DNA from: a virus
Direction: 5' to 3' (one strand)
Virus record (IMG/VR): IMGVR_UViG_3300043424_000354
Location: 1-64,000 of that record
DNA length: 64,000 nt
Positions 1-9,434 of this stretch are shown in pieces. The notes beneath the pieces were generated by a model, which did not search any database, was not told where the DNA came from, and saw only the letters and a list, made by a program, of their open reading frames with translations. The translations under genes were made by a program, and so were the position numbers. Each line of letters begins with the position of its first letter. Position 1 is the first letter of the stretch.

Positions 1-1792
1 TGAGTTTATCGCGATCCAGATTGCCATAAAACTTACGAACAAGAGGGTCCAAGGAAATGTAACAAGAATCAGTATCGCTGTAGAAAGAGTAGTCATGTCC
101 ATTTGTTCCAACAACCTTGTTTAGATAATTGTTAAGCGCCTTACCGACTTCTTGAATAATAAACTGACCTGTCATCGTGATGCCCTCGGCGATACGAGCA
201 TCATAGTATCGGAAGTATTCGTTGCCCATCGCACCGAACAGCGAATTCAACTGAATCTTTCTTGCCATCTGGAAGTTGTTATACTTAGAGATGTCATTTT
301 TCAGTTTGGGATTCTTGGTTTGTTCGTATTCCTTCTCTGCTGCAATCATCAGTTTCTTGTATCGCTGACGATCGTCAAAGAACTTCTGAACAATCTCGGG
401 GAATAGACCCTGCTTCTCACGAGTATAGCAGTAACCATTCGCAGTCATACAGTAATCATCTTGCTTCAGGTCATCGAGGTCATACTTACTATCAAGCAAT
501 CCACGAACAGTCGTATCTTTAACCACGCCATTGATCAATGTTTCAGGCGACTGGTTATACTGCATAATGATTGATGGATACAGCGAAGTAGCGTCAAAGG
601 AAACCACCCAGTCATACTGTCCAGGACGAGGTTCCTTTACGTATGCGCCTTCAATCTGACGACCTTGGTTTTCTTTCTTCTGCGGAATCTGAATATTCTT
701 ATCATGTAAGTGATTGTAGAGAATACAATCCCACGTTCGAACCTGAGAAAACACATCATTATAGTTGCACTTAGCATCGTATGCCATCGTCAGGATAAGT
801 TCGATCAGTTTCATCTTACGCTCAAGAGCATCAACGATCTCAACGTCTCGGACGTTATACTCTACAAACTTTTGCCAATCCTTAACATAGAATTCTCGGA
901 AAGTCTCATATGGATTATCCAACTTTTTAATACCGAGTTCGACCTCGCCAATGAAGTCCAGTTTGTAACTCTCGCGGCGAGTATACGTAAACTTTTTATA
1001 GAGATCGATGTAGTCGATAATTGCCACGCCAGTAATGTCATACGACACATGTTCGCGACCCATGATAGTGACAGTCTTGCGGCGAACAAGACCCCATGGA
1101 GAAAACTTCTTTTTCATGGTACTATCTTCATCGCTGCAGAACAGACGTTCAACACGAGAAATCAGATACGCAATATCGAACAGATCGTTGTTCCAACCTG
1201 TGATGATATCAGGATAATTCTCAGAATAGAAACGAAGGAAAGTTTCGATCAAGTCGTGTTCATTGTCACACTTGACATAGAGGAACTTGTTACCTTGCTC
1301 GCGAAGTTTAGTAATCTCTTCAGACTTGTCATCAAACTCGCCGCACCCGAATGTGATGATTTGCCTGGTAACAAGATTCTTAACTGTGATCAGCAGAACT
1401 TCTTCAATCGGATTGTGAACATCAGGAAATCCATGTTCAGCAGAAGTCTCGATATCGATAGTCTGAATATTTAACTGGGTAATATCCCACTGGATTTCTC
1501 CAGGATAGTTACGAGTAATATATTGATACCCGTAGTTAGTCTGACCGTAGATCGGAAAGTTCTCTACCTTGCCATAAGTTTGAATAAACTCCTTGGCAGC
1601 ATTGTTATCCTCAAACTCAATTGGTTGGAGTGGTTCTCCAAACAAAGATCTGTGAATAGATTCTTCTTTGGTCTTCGCTCGAACAAAAAGAGTTGGCGAA
1701 AACTCAGCACGTTTGGTAAAACGCACACCATTATGGACTCCTCGGACTAAAACCTTAGAACCATATTGGTGTGCGCAAGTGTAAAACTTCAT
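1..1792 (-). CDS. 43: Family B DNA polymerase, T4 gp43 homolog (N-terminal part; runs off the window start)
   Basis: Missing from the ORF track because the stop lies outside the window. Manual translation from ATG 1792 gives MKFYTCAHQYGSKVLVRG..., with motif A SFDATSLYPSII near 570-605 and motif C YSDTDS near 66-83. It lies downstream of regA as in T4. Confidence 0.95.
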   Translation of the reverse strand, partial: MKFYTCAHQYGSKVLVRGVHNGVRFTKRAEFSPTLFVRAKTKEESIHRSLFGEPLQPIEFEDNNAAKEFIQTYGKVENFPIYGQTNYGYQYITRNYPGEIQWDITQLNIQTIDIETSAEHGFPDVHNPIEEVLLITVKNLVTRQIITFGCGEFDDKSEEITKLREQGNKFLYVKCDNEHDLIETFLRFYSENYPDIITGWNNDLFDIAYLISRVERLFCSDEDSTMKKKFSPWGLVRRKTVTIMGREHVSYDITGVAIIDYIDLYKKFTYTRRESYKLDFIGEVELGIKKLDNPYETFREFYVKDWQKFVEYNVRDVEIVDALERKMKLIELILTMAYDAKCNYNDVFSQVRTWDCILYNHLHDKNIQIPQKKENQGRQIEGAYVKEPRPGQYDWVVSFDATSLYPSIIMQYNQSPETLINGVVKDTTVRGLLDSKYDLDDLKQDDYCMTANGYCYTREKQGLFPEIVQKFFDDRQRYKKLMIAAEKEYEQTKNPKLKNDISKYNNFQMARKIQLNSLFGAMGNEYFRYYDARIAEGITMTGQFIIQEVGKALNNYLNKVVGTNGHDYSFYSDTDSCYISLDPLVRKFYGNLDRDKL

Positions 1793-1816
1793 AAAAATCC
1801 CTCATCATTCAATACC

Positions 1817-1845
1817 ATAATACTATAAAACATAACAAAAGTAAA
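1817..1845 (-). promoter_or_regulatory. sigma70-type promoter upstream of gp43
   Basis: TTTACT-N17-TATTAT on the minus strand. Confidence 0.55.
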
Positions 1846-1850
1846 GGGAT

Positions 1851-2498
1851 TTATCGTAGTTTATATCCAATCTTTGCTTCGAGTTCTTCCAGTTTCATAG
1901 TTGAAACTTGTGACTTGGGAACAAGATTGTCTACGATATAGACGGCAACATTTCCACTCTCGAAAAATGCAACCTTGTAAAGCATATCAGGAACAGGAAC
2001 ACCTGACTTGCCGATACGCTTTGGTGTCTTGCTATAGTGCGCACCAGTTACAACCCACTTGAACGGGACTGAACGAACGCGATCTTCAAGTAGACGCCAA
2101 GCAGTGCGATTGACTGATGGCAACTGAGGTGTCATGTTTGTCATCAGGAATGTATCTGACATTTCCTGCTTCTCATCTGCATTAGCAGCAGGAACCATGT
2201 GCCCACGATCGTAACCAGAATTGGTGTAATCAGCAGGTGTTGGTGAGTCAGCAATACGCTTGTCAGCGCGGAAGTCATCAGTTCGAGGAACCTTGACAAC
2301 ACGTGCCTGTGCAATCTCAGTGGAGAATACCGTTGCGTTGTTCGCATCATCGTAGACTGTAGCAAAGAAAGAGTTGCAAAGAACTACCGTGTTCGGGACT
2401 ACGATTTCCTTACCATTCGGATAGAACTGATCACAGGGGGACGCATTAGCAGCAGTCGGCAGAGCGAATAGAAATAGAGCAGCAATTAAGTTCTTCAT
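1851..2498 (-). CDS. DNA/RNA non-specific endonuclease (NucA/Serratia type) with signal peptide
   Basis: DRGH catalytic motif, TFLMTNMTPQ and NRTAWRLLE; hydrophobic N-terminus MKNLIAALFLFALPTAANA. Confidence 0.9.
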   Translation of the reverse strand: MKNLIAALFLFALPTAANASPCDQFYPNGKEIVVPNTVVLCNSFFATVYDDANNATVFSTEIAQARVVKVPRTDDFRADKRIADSPTPADYTNSGYDRGHMVPAANADEKQEMSDTFLMTNMTPQLPSVNRTAWRLLEDRVRSVPFKWVVTGAHYSKTPKRIGKSGVPVPDMLYKVAFFESGNVAVYIVDNLVPKSQVSTMKLEELEAKIGYKLR

Positions 2499-2803
2499 AG
2501 AATGATTTTACTTTCAGGAACAACGATACCAGAACCGCAACGAGTGTTATACTCATTCAGCATACCAGTTTCTGGATCGAAAATGGATAGAACAGCACCA
2601 GAACGAAGTGGAATCATATCGTCCTTGGCATACGGACAGAAAGGTGCCAAACCAATACCGAACTGATTATTCTGATTTGGAATCATCATAATCTGTAATG
2701 GTTTTCTCAGGATAACAAGACCTTCAATTCCTTCATCGATGTCGGCGATGACCTCGTCACCACTGATTAACTTCAAACATTTAATATTCGCCATGATTGG
2801 CAC
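2495..2803 (-). CDS. Conserved hypothetical T4-like phage protein (Sm-like fold; likely start 2794)
   Basis: KLISGDEVIA...LAPFCPY pattern typical of small proteins near gp43 in T4-like phages. Confidence 0.6.
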   Translation of the reverse strand: MPIMANIKCLKLISGDEVIADIDEGIEGLVILRKPLQIMMIPNQNNQFGIGLAPFCPYAKDDMIPLRSGAVLSIFDPETGMLNEYNTRCGSGIVVPESKIIL

Positions 2804-2814
2804 CTTCCATTATT

Positions 2815-2913
2815 TTAGATTGTTAAAATCGCATAACCCATAATCATCAGCAAACTTGCTATAACGATATGGCCAGCGCGAGAAACTGGTATAACATACT
2901 TATGATTAAACAT
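2815..2913 (-). CDS. Small 32-aa single-pass membrane peptide (not in ORF track)
   Basis: MFNHKYVIPVSRAGHIVIASLLMIMGYAILTI*. The start overlaps the hsp20 stop (TAATG), AAGGA lies upstream, and the ORF fills the intergenic gap. Confidence 0.6.
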   Translation of the reverse strand: MFNHKYVIPVSRAGHIVIASLLMIMGYAILTI

Positions 2914-3404
2914 TACTTTTCCTTTTGTTCTGCGAGAAACTCAGCGGTCGATTCTGCACCACTTGTTTCTGCATCAGAGTCAGTAATGTCAATCTTCTTT
3001 GGTTTCTTTTCTTCTGGCGTAAATGCTTCAAGCCAAACCTTTAGCATACCATTGACCAGAGAAGAACTCTTGACTTCGACGTTGTCGGCAAGAGTAAATT
3101 CGCGTGTGAAACCACGCTCGGCAATTCCCTTGTAAAGATATTCAGAACCTTCGTCAGACTTGACGTTTCCTTTAATCTTTAACTTGCCTTCTTGAAGTTC
3201 GATATCTAAATCGGTCTTACCGAAACCAGCGACTGCCATTTCGATAACGTAGCGATCTTCATCTACCTTCTTGATATTATATGGGGGATACTTAGTCGCA
3301 ATATGGACTGACTGGTCAGCAATATCTGCCAACTTCTTCATGACGCGATCGGCGCCAACGAAATAACGATCCATGTGCGGAAGACTTGTTGTATCAAATT
3401 TCAT
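2913..3404 (-). CDS. hsp20: Small heat shock protein Hsp20 (IbpA-like)
   Basis: YPPYNI, IEMAVAGF, YLYKGIAERGFTREFTL, NGML. Start taken at MKFDTT, which has an AGGAGA Shine-Dalgarno (SD). Confidence 0.95.
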   Translation of the reverse strand: MKFDTTSLPHMDRYFVGADRVMKKLADIADQSVHIATKYPPYNIKKVDEDRYVIEMAVAGFGKTDLDIELQEGKLKIKGNVKSDEGSEYLYKGIAERGFTREFTLADNVEVKSSSLVNGMLKVWLEAFTPEEKKPKKIDITDSDAETSGAESTAEFLAEQKEK

Positions 3405-3460
3405 AATAGTTCTCCTAAAAGCGAGATTAAAAAAGAGTGGAGTCCGAAGCACTCCACCCT
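3402..3460 (-). promoter_or_regulatory. ROSE-like RNA thermometer in the hsp20 5' UTR
   Basis: UCUC(G)CU-UUU-AGGAGA hairpin sequesters the SD with a bulged G (U-C-G-C-U motif), preceded by a GTGGAGT/ACTCCAC hairpin. Confidence 0.65.
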
Positions 3461-3461
3461 C

Positions 3462-3492
3462 TATTTATACTATACTTTTAGAAGGAAGTCAA
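3462..3492 (-). promoter_or_regulatory. Overlapping sigma70 (TTGACT-N17-TATAAA) and T4 late (TATAAATA) promoters for hsp20
   Basis: Direct motif match. Confidence 0.7.
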
Positions 3493-3909
3493 TTATTTTT
3501 TGCGACCAATATTATATTTCTGAACGAGTTCCCACTCATTCTTTTCCTTGAACGCAATGACTTTAATTTGATTTAGAGGTGCCTTGTCTTCATGAATCTC
3601 TGGATTCAGAATATTAATAAGACCCCAATCGGAAAGTAAATGTGCCACTGTATTTCTACGTTGTAGATCATTGTCACTAAAGTCAGCATCCTTACCATCT
3701 AGGGCAAAGAGTTCCTTAAAGTGAACAATGAAATATCTACCTTGCTTATGTAGAATATGGCATGATTGATAAAGAACCTTGTCTTTTCTGGACGCAACGC
3801 CGATACGAGAAAGAGTCTCGCGAACCTTCAGAAAGTCGTCTGGATTCTTTAGTTTAACTTCCAAGGGTGCATACCCTGGATAGTTAATATCAAAAAAATC
3901 TTCACTCAT
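3493..3909 (-). CDS. regA: Translational repressor RegA
   Basis: DFLKVRETLSRIG, LYQSCHILHKQGRYFIVHFKELF. Confidence 0.97.
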   Translation of the reverse strand: MSEDFFDINYPGYAPLEVKLKNPDDFLKVRETLSRIGVASRKDKVLYQSCHILHKQGRYFIVHFKELFALDGKDADFSDNDLQRRNTVAHLLSDWGLINILNPEIHEDKAPLNQIKVIAFKEKNEWELVQKYNIGRKK

Positions 3910-4370
3910 TTTCTACCACCTTTATACAATTTCTCTTTTATGTATTGTTTTTGTTCTTCAGAGAGAATTGCGAGTGCTTGGCGAGCCTTGTCATTGCTGT
4001 AACCATAATACTCTTTTATCATCTCCACCTCGGCATCGTCTTCGATTTTGATCCATTTATCAAATCTTTTCTTTGCACGTATTGTATTTATAAGATACAT
4101 GTTTTGTAACGCTTTGTCCAGGTGGGGACGACAGTTCATTTCATTTGCAGGGTGGACAGTATCAATACTAAATGTCAATCCGCGATTGATGATCCAAGGA
4201 TTGTATTGCTTCTCAGACCACTCGTCAACTATCAGATTCTTCTTTTCATAGTTGACGTCTTTGATGAAATCGAAAGGAGAGATACTCTTTTTCTTTTCTT
4301 TAAACTCCTCGGGATCGTATTCAACCTTTGGAGTTCCCAGACCTTCGAGAACTCCACTCATTATTTCCAC
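3906..4370 (-). CDS. 62: Clamp loader small subunit gp62
   Basis: YNPWIINRGL, ANEMN, KEYYGYSNDKA; lies between gp44 and regA. Confidence 0.92.
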   Translation of the reverse strand: MEIMSGVLEGLGTPKVEYDPEEFKEKKKSISPFDFIKDVNYEKKNLIVDEWSEKQYNPWIINRGLTFSIDTVHPANEMNCRPHLDKALQNMYLINTIRAKKRFDKWIKIEDDAEVEMIKEYYGYSNDKARQALAILSEEQKQYIKEKLYKGGRK

Positions 4371-5302
4371 TCCATCGCTGCCATAATTTCAGCAAGGCAT
4401 GCGACCAGATTGATCTCAGGGTTAGCAGCAAACGCTGCCTTATACTGATAATCTGCAAGCAGCAGAACCAACTGCGAAGGATACTTTACTTCATCAAGAA
4501 TGGTATCATAGATCTTACGGAAGATAAGATTCGGATCGTTGTCAATATTCTCAACGACCCAACCACGCATCTTCTTGAAGTCCTTTGCTTTCAGAGAAGA
4601 AACAAGTTCCTTCATGTTTACTTCTTGAACGTTGACAAGGATACCTTCATCAATCGCACCAGAGACGCTGTAACGCTGAAGTTCATTTAGAACACGGCGA
4701 TAGTCAGGAAAATGCTTCTTGAGAACTTCAGCGATAACCCTCTCGTCGTATTGAATACCCTCTGTAACAAGAATCTCTGACAACCGTTTCATGAAACGAC
4801 CTGCCATCTTCGGACGGTCTGCCTTTGTCAACTTAAACTCGATTACTGCAGTTCGACTGTGAAGTGGAGAGATGATTCGGTTCTTGAAATTACAAGTGAA
4901 GATAAACCGACAGTTGTTAGCAAACTCTTCGATGAATGCACGCAACGCAGGTTGAGTAGAGTTTGGATTGAGATAATCTGCTTCGTCTAGGATAACAACC
5001 TTGGTCTTACCGCTGAATGAAACAGAGGATGCGAACTCTCGAATCTTGGTGCGGAGAACATCAATACCTGATTCTTCTGAACCGTTGATAATGATATAAT
5101 CACAACCAAGTTCTTCGCAGATTGCACGAGCGATGGTAGTCTTACCAACACCAGCGGAACCGCAGAGAAGCATGTTAGGGATTTCGCCAGTCGCAACGAA
5201 CTCGCGGAATGTCTTTAGTTGATCATCTGGTAGAATACAGTCATCGAGTTTACGAGGACGATACTTTTCTACCCAGAGAAACTGTTCTTTTGATACGTTC
5301 AT
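4361..5302 (-). CDS. 44: Clamp loader large subunit gp44
   Basis: LWVEKYRP, GSAGVGKTT Walker A, ILDEAD, LHSR. Confidence 0.97.
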   Translation of the reverse strand: MNVSKEQFLWVEKYRPRKLDDCILPDDQLKTFREFVATGEIPNMLLCGSAGVGKTTIARAICEELGCDYIIINGSEESGIDVLRTKIREFASSVSFSGKTKVVILDEADYLNPNSTQPALRAFIEEFANNCRFIFTCNFKNRIISPLHSRTAVIEFKLTKADRPKMAGRFMKRLSEILVTEGIQYDERVIAEVLKKHFPDYRRVLNELQRYSVSGAIDEGILVNVQEVNMKELVSSLKAKDFKKMRGWVVENIDNDPNLIFRKIYDTILDEVKYPSQLVLLLADYQYKAAFAANPEINLVACLAEIMAAMEWK

Positions 5303-6005
5303 TTTTCACTTCCTTCATAATATCAAACTTGGGAGTCCATCCCAGTTCTTTTAATTGAGAATTGTCAGCATGCGTGACAAATCTTTCACCAGTCACTTCA
5401 CGAATAGGAACATCTCGGTATCCATATTCGCGAGCAACATCAATAACTGAAACAGGATTACCTGTCCCAATATCCATCTTACCCGATATTCTCGTATCAG
5501 TCAATATAATTTTGATCGCAGAAACAACATCTTCAACATGAGTCCAGTCTCTCTTATGTTCAGTCAGATATTCAACCTTGTCGTTGAGCATCATATCATA
5601 GAACATGTCAGGTCGAGAGTCTGGTCCATAGACTGTATGGAATCGCATCCCTACAGAATAATTTGGAGCAAGTTCTTCCATTGCTTTCTTACTAGTAGCA
5701 TATGGGTTTGCCCACCACTCATAGATCGAGGATGAAGATGCATATACGCACCGTAAATTGAGACGTTTACATTCATCAAAGACACGCTTCGAACCTGTAA
5801 CATTTACGTCCCAGTATTCGTCAGGATTGTTCCAACTCTTGCGAACTCCAGCGAGTGCAGCAAGATGCAGGACTGCATAATAATATTCTGAAATCTTGAA
5901 GTCTCGGATGTCACCTTCATAGGGAATCATCTCAAAGTCATCGGACAGAATGCGTAAAGCATTCCGCCCGATAAACCCTTCCCATCCAGTAATTAAAACT
6001 CTCAC
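5250..6005 (-). CDS. NAD-dependent epimerase/dehydratase (extended SDR)
   Basis: ITGWEGFIG, HLAA, YASSSS, YATSK (YxxxK), RFHTVYGP, RDWTHV. The GTG start overlaps the upstream stop. Confidence 0.9.
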   Translation of the reverse strand: MRVLITGWEGFIGRNALRILSDDFEMIPYEGDIRDFKISEYYYAVLHLAALAGVRKSWNNPDEYWDVNVTGSKRVFDECKRLNLRCVYASSSSIYEWWANPYATSKKAMEELAPNYSVGMRFHTVYGPDSRPDMFYDMMLNDKVEYLTEHKRDWTHVEDVVSAIKIILTDTRISGKMDIGTGNPVSVIDVAREYGYRDVPIREVTGERFVTHADNSQLKELGWTPKFDIMKEVKNERIKRTVSLGRKVSSS

Positions 6006-6586
6006 GAGTTTTCGCGCAACCAATTCAGAATATTCTCAGGCGAGGTCTCACCATACGGATCAGTCTCGCAGTTGTCTTCCATTCCAGGTTCAACGAACCA
6101 CTTTTCAATGAGACCGTTGTTCACAACGCAAGCATAACGCCACGAGCGGACGCCAAATCCAAGATTATCCTTGTAAACCCCCATCTGCATTTCGCGAGTG
6201 AAATTACCAGATCCGTCTGGAATCATCTTGACCTTCTTGATCTTCTGATCCTTTGCCCAACAATTCATTACGAACGCATCGTTTACCGAGAGGCAGTAGA
6301 TTTCCTTGATACCGAGAGACTTAAACTCCGAGAAGTTCTGCTCAAACCCAGGAAGTTGGTAGGTCGAGCATGTAGGAGTGAAGGCACCAGGAAGCGAGAA
6401 CAGGACTACACGCTTACCCGCAAAATAATCGTAGGTCGACTTATCCTCCCAGCGGAAAGGATTTGGACCTTCGATCGAGTCATCACGAACGCGAGTCTTG
6501 AAAACAACAGCAGGAACAATTCCAGGAAGTTCCACTTCACGTGGTTCTTCGTCCCACTTCGACTTATACATGACCTTCTCTGCCAT
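6002..6586 (-). CDS. Peroxiredoxin (Prx5/redoxin type)
   Basis: LPGAFTPTCS, SVNDAFVM, GVRSWRYA. Confidence 0.93.
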   Translation of the reverse strand: MAEKVMYKSKWDEEPREVELPGIVPAVVFKTRVRDDSIEGPNPFRWEDKSTYDYFAGKRVVLFSLPGAFTPTCSTYQLPGFEQNFSEFKSLGIKEIYCLSVNDAFVMNCWAKDQKIKKVKMIPDGSGNFTREMQMGVYKDNLGFGVRSWRYACVVNNGLIEKWFVEPGMEDNCETDPYGETSPENILNWLRENS

Positions 6587-6777
6587 TACGAATCATCCTC
6601 TACTACTGTAATGTTGAAATCATTCAGTGCCAGAAACTTATTAAACTGACGAACAATTTCCTGTGGGTTGCTATCTAGGTCAACATCAAACTCGATGTTG
6701 CTGCTGCGATTTAGATGATCATCGTCGCTGTTGTAAGGGACGCGAGTACTAAAACTAATCTCCAACTTATTCATCAA
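6586..6777 (-). CDS. Hypothetical protein
   Basis: 63 aa ORF overlapping both neighbours in the operon. Confidence 0.6.
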   Translation of the reverse strand: MMNKLEISFSTRVPYNSDDDHLNRSSNIEFDVDLDSNPQEIVRQFNKFLALNDFNITVVEDDS

Positions 6778-7063
6778 TATTTTCCTTTGTTATTTTATAA
6801 GTCATTTCGTTGGAATTATACCAACTATCATCAATTTCGCCATTCTTGCGGAGGAAATTATGGGAAAATTCATCCCAAATTTCCTCCGAAGGCGCAGACC
6901 AAATAAGATTCATTGTCAGTAAATCGGGAGAAAATAATTGAACAGCAGTAATATTTCTTTTTGCTGCTTCAGTCAAAATCCGATAGATATCTTCTTCTTC
7001 TTGCGGATCGCTCCACAAAATACTGGTATTTGGTCTAGTTACAGTAAGTGTTGATTTGAACAT
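6767..7063 (-). CDS. Hypothetical protein
   Basis: 98 aa ORF coupled to the gp45 stop. Confidence 0.6.
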   Translation of the reverse strand: MFKSTLTVTRPNTSILWSDPQEEEDIYRILTEAAKRNITAVQLFSPDLLTMNLIWSAPSEEIWDEFSHNFLRKNGEIDDSWYNSNEMTYKITKENIDE

Positions 7064-7722
7064 TAGACTGACGAGGTGGGTTCCATTGCCAACCAGTAAT
7101 CGATATCCCGCGAGTTGCTCTTGAAGTGCAGCGCCTTCTTCTTACCAACAGCAACAGTGTAATCATCAGTGATTACCTTGAGATTCTCAACCTTCAGTCG
7201 AGCATCAAACACAGGTGCCTGATCAGTTGTCAGAGTCTTCTTATACGAGTTTGCTGCAGAGTTCGCAGGATCGCCAACCTTCAGAGTGACGCTGTTACCA
7301 TCCGAAACAATGCTAATCGTCGACGCAGAAACAATCGAGGCAGCACGCTGAATCATTGTGATGTCAGCAGCAGTTAGAACGAATGTAAAGACAGGATCGA
7401 TATCCAGCGCCTTATACGGCGAGGCAGTTACGACACTGGCATCTGAATAGAAATATTCAAACTCAGAACCATCCTTGCTGATGTGGATGCTTGCGTCATT
7501 AAACTCTACATCCTGGTCTTCCATGAGAGTAAGCAGACCAAGCAAACTGTTGAGGTCGTAAATCGCAAACTCACGAGGGAAACTCTCTGAGATATTAGCA
7601 AGCGCAAGAATATTCTTACCCGCACTCACGGTCGAGAGAACATTACCCTGCTTAACTACAAGATTGCCATTGATACCAGCAAAGTTCTTAAGCAAAGTAA
7701 GTGTTTCGTGTGAAATCTTCAT
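7063..7722 (-). CDS. 45: Sliding clamp gp45
   Basis: MKISHETLTLLKNFAGIN, FAIYDLNSLL, YWLAME. Confidence 0.95.
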   Translation of the reverse strand: MKISHETLTLLKNFAGINGNLVVKQGNVLSTVSAGKNILALANISESFPREFAIYDLNSLLGLLTLMEDQDVEFNDASIHISKDGSEFEYFYSDASVVTASPYKALDIDPVFTFVLTAADITMIQRAASIVSASTISIVSDGNSVTLKVGDPANSAANSYKKTLTTDQAPVFDARLKVENLKVITDDYTVAVGKKKALHFKSNSRDIDYWLAMEPTSSV

Positions 7723-7728
7723 AATATA

Positions 7729-8226
7729 TTAGTCCTTCTTCTTTTTGGTTTTCTTGGTTTTATCACCAGATAAATCGATTATACCTGGAATATCGAGAGA
7801 AGTCAATAGAGAACTGGTCCCCATGTTATGTTGACCCCAATCAGGAAATGCTGCATGTTCTGTATTGAGAGTAATAGTTCCATCAAGTTCTGCTGTCTTA
7901 AACGTTACCGTGTTCAAACGATAACGATCGTCTTCATCGTCAACTGCCTCAGTATATTCCTTATCATGAACATACATCGCAATGATGGCATAATGGATAA
8001 CCTTCATGAGATCCTTGCGCCAGTCCTTGGGTGTTCCCTTGTGACCGTAACGCTGGGCATACTTCATGATGTTGCCAATGGTAAACCCTTCACCGTGACC
8101 GCCATCGATAATGAATTCAGTTGCCTGAAACTTATTCTGCGAGTAGTGCTCATCATAGGTGGAATTTACGTAGTCGGTGATCTGCCGAAGCAGATCACCC
8201 TCATTATATTTGTATTTAATTGTCAT
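7729..8226 (-). CDS. DUF3310-like phage protein
   Basis: HY...GFTIGNIMKYAQRYGHKG...DLMKVIHY pattern. Confidence 0.65.
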   Translation of the reverse strand: MTIKYKYNEGDLLRQITDYVNSTYDEHYSQNKFQATEFIIDGGHGEGFTIGNIMKYAQRYGHKGTPKDWRKDLMKVIHYAIIAMYVHDKEYTEAVDDEDDRYRLNTVTFKTAELDGTITLNTEHAAFPDWGQHNMGTSSLLTSLDIPGIIDLSGDKTKKTKKKKD

Positions 8227-8235
8227 TGTATCTCC

Positions 8236-9372
8236 TTAGAACGGGACTTCTTCATTAATGTGATTGAAGTAGGAATCATCATTGCTGGTAGTCTTATCTT
8301 CACCAGCATCAACCTTGTTGTAAAGGTCGAGGAAGGCAGACTTCGTGTCGCTATCAAAGCGATTGACGCAGAGTTCGATTGCCTTCGAACGCGAACCAAA
8401 CATGGCATAGGCATTGACGATGTGCTCAAGACGACGAGTCGAAACCAGTTCTTCAACGCCACCATCATAGAAGGTCTTACGGATAATATCCGCCCACGTG
8501 ACCAACTTATCGGCGAACTCGTCGTCGATCTTGTTCGCCTTCTCCATCTTGTTCAGAATAATCTGCTTCTCAATCTTGAGCGAAGGATATTCCTGCTCAA
8601 CGGTGATGGCAAAACGCTCAAGGAACGCATCGTCGAGGATCTGGGCAGACATAAACTTGCCATCGTCAGAACCACGACCCTTCGTGTTCGCCGTAGCGAT
8701 AACGTTGAAACCAGACTTCGGATAGATGGTCTCGCCAGTCTTCTTATTGAAGTATGGTTTACCTTCAAGGATCGCCTGAAGGCACATCATCTTGTTCGAA
8801 CCACGGTCGATTTCGTCGAGGATAAGGATCGCACCACGCTTCATGGCAGTGAGAACTGGACCTTCACGATAAACAACGTTACCGTCGACGAGGGTGTTAC
8901 CACCAATCAGATCGTCTTCATCAGTTTCGATAGAGATGTTAACACGCATACATTCGCGCTTCAACTTGGCGCAAACCTGCTCAATCATCGTGGTCTTACC
9001 GTTACCAGACAGACCAGAGATGAACGTCGGATAGAAAACCGCAGACTTGACAATCTTGGTAAGGTCGCGATAGAAACCGAACGGAACATAAGTCTGGTCG
9101 ACCGATGGAACAAGGTTCTCAACAGTGGTCTGCAACTTGGGTTGAATGACCATCTTAGGGGCAGTCGCAGCGACAGGGACAGCAGAAATGGTTGACATCA
9201 GCGGCGACAGGTCATACGAACCACGCTTGATCATACGATCGCGCTGGAAAATCCAGCCAGGATACTTCATACCGAGAGACTCGGCAGCGGCGACAACGTC
9301 GCGCTTACGGAAAACACCATTGTTGGTGTTGTTAGCGGAAAGGTACTCAATCAAAGTTTCACGGTTCGTCAT
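8236..9372 (-). CDS. MoxR/CobS-like AAA+ ATPase
   Basis: GLSGNGKT, EDDLIGG, LILDEID, ATANTKGRG, AFLERF, STRRL. Confidence 0.9.
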   Translation of the reverse strand: MTNRETLIEYLSANNTNNGVFRKRDVVAAAESLGMKYPGWIFQRDRMIKRGSYDLSPLMSTISAVPVAATAPKMVIQPKLQTTVENLVPSVDQTYVPFGFYRDLTKIVKSAVFYPTFISGLSGNGKTTMIEQVCAKLKRECMRVNISIETDEDDLIGGNTLVDGNVVYREGPVLTAMKRGAILILDEIDRGSNKMMCLQAILEGKPYFNKKTGETIYPKSGFNVIATANTKGRGSDDGKFMSAQILDDAFLERFAITVEQEYPSLKIEKQIILNKMEKANKIDDEFADKLVTWADIIRKTFYDGGVEELVSTRRLEHIVNAYAMFGSRSKAIELCVNRFDSDTKSAFLDLYNKVDAGEDKTTSNDDSYFNHINEEVPF

Positions 9373-9405
9373 AAAAAATCCTCACATCACATCATAATAT
9401 AAAAC

Positions 9406-9434
9406 ATTCTACCTCGAAACGGTAGAAAAGTCAA
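9406..9434 (-). promoter_or_regulatory. Early sigma70-type promoter
   Basis: TTGACT-N17-TAGAAT. Confidence 0.75.

Noticed and set aside
3405-3452. N-terminal extension of Hsp20 in the ORF track
   Set aside because: A strong SD precedes ATG 3404; the extension overlaps the structured UTR
7828-9195. 455-aa plus-strand ORF, and similar long plus-strand ORFs at 710-1474 and 9742-10476
   Set aside because: They lie antisense to well-supported genes (AAA ATPase, gp43, VWA protein), have no recognisable motifs, and are explained by codon bias
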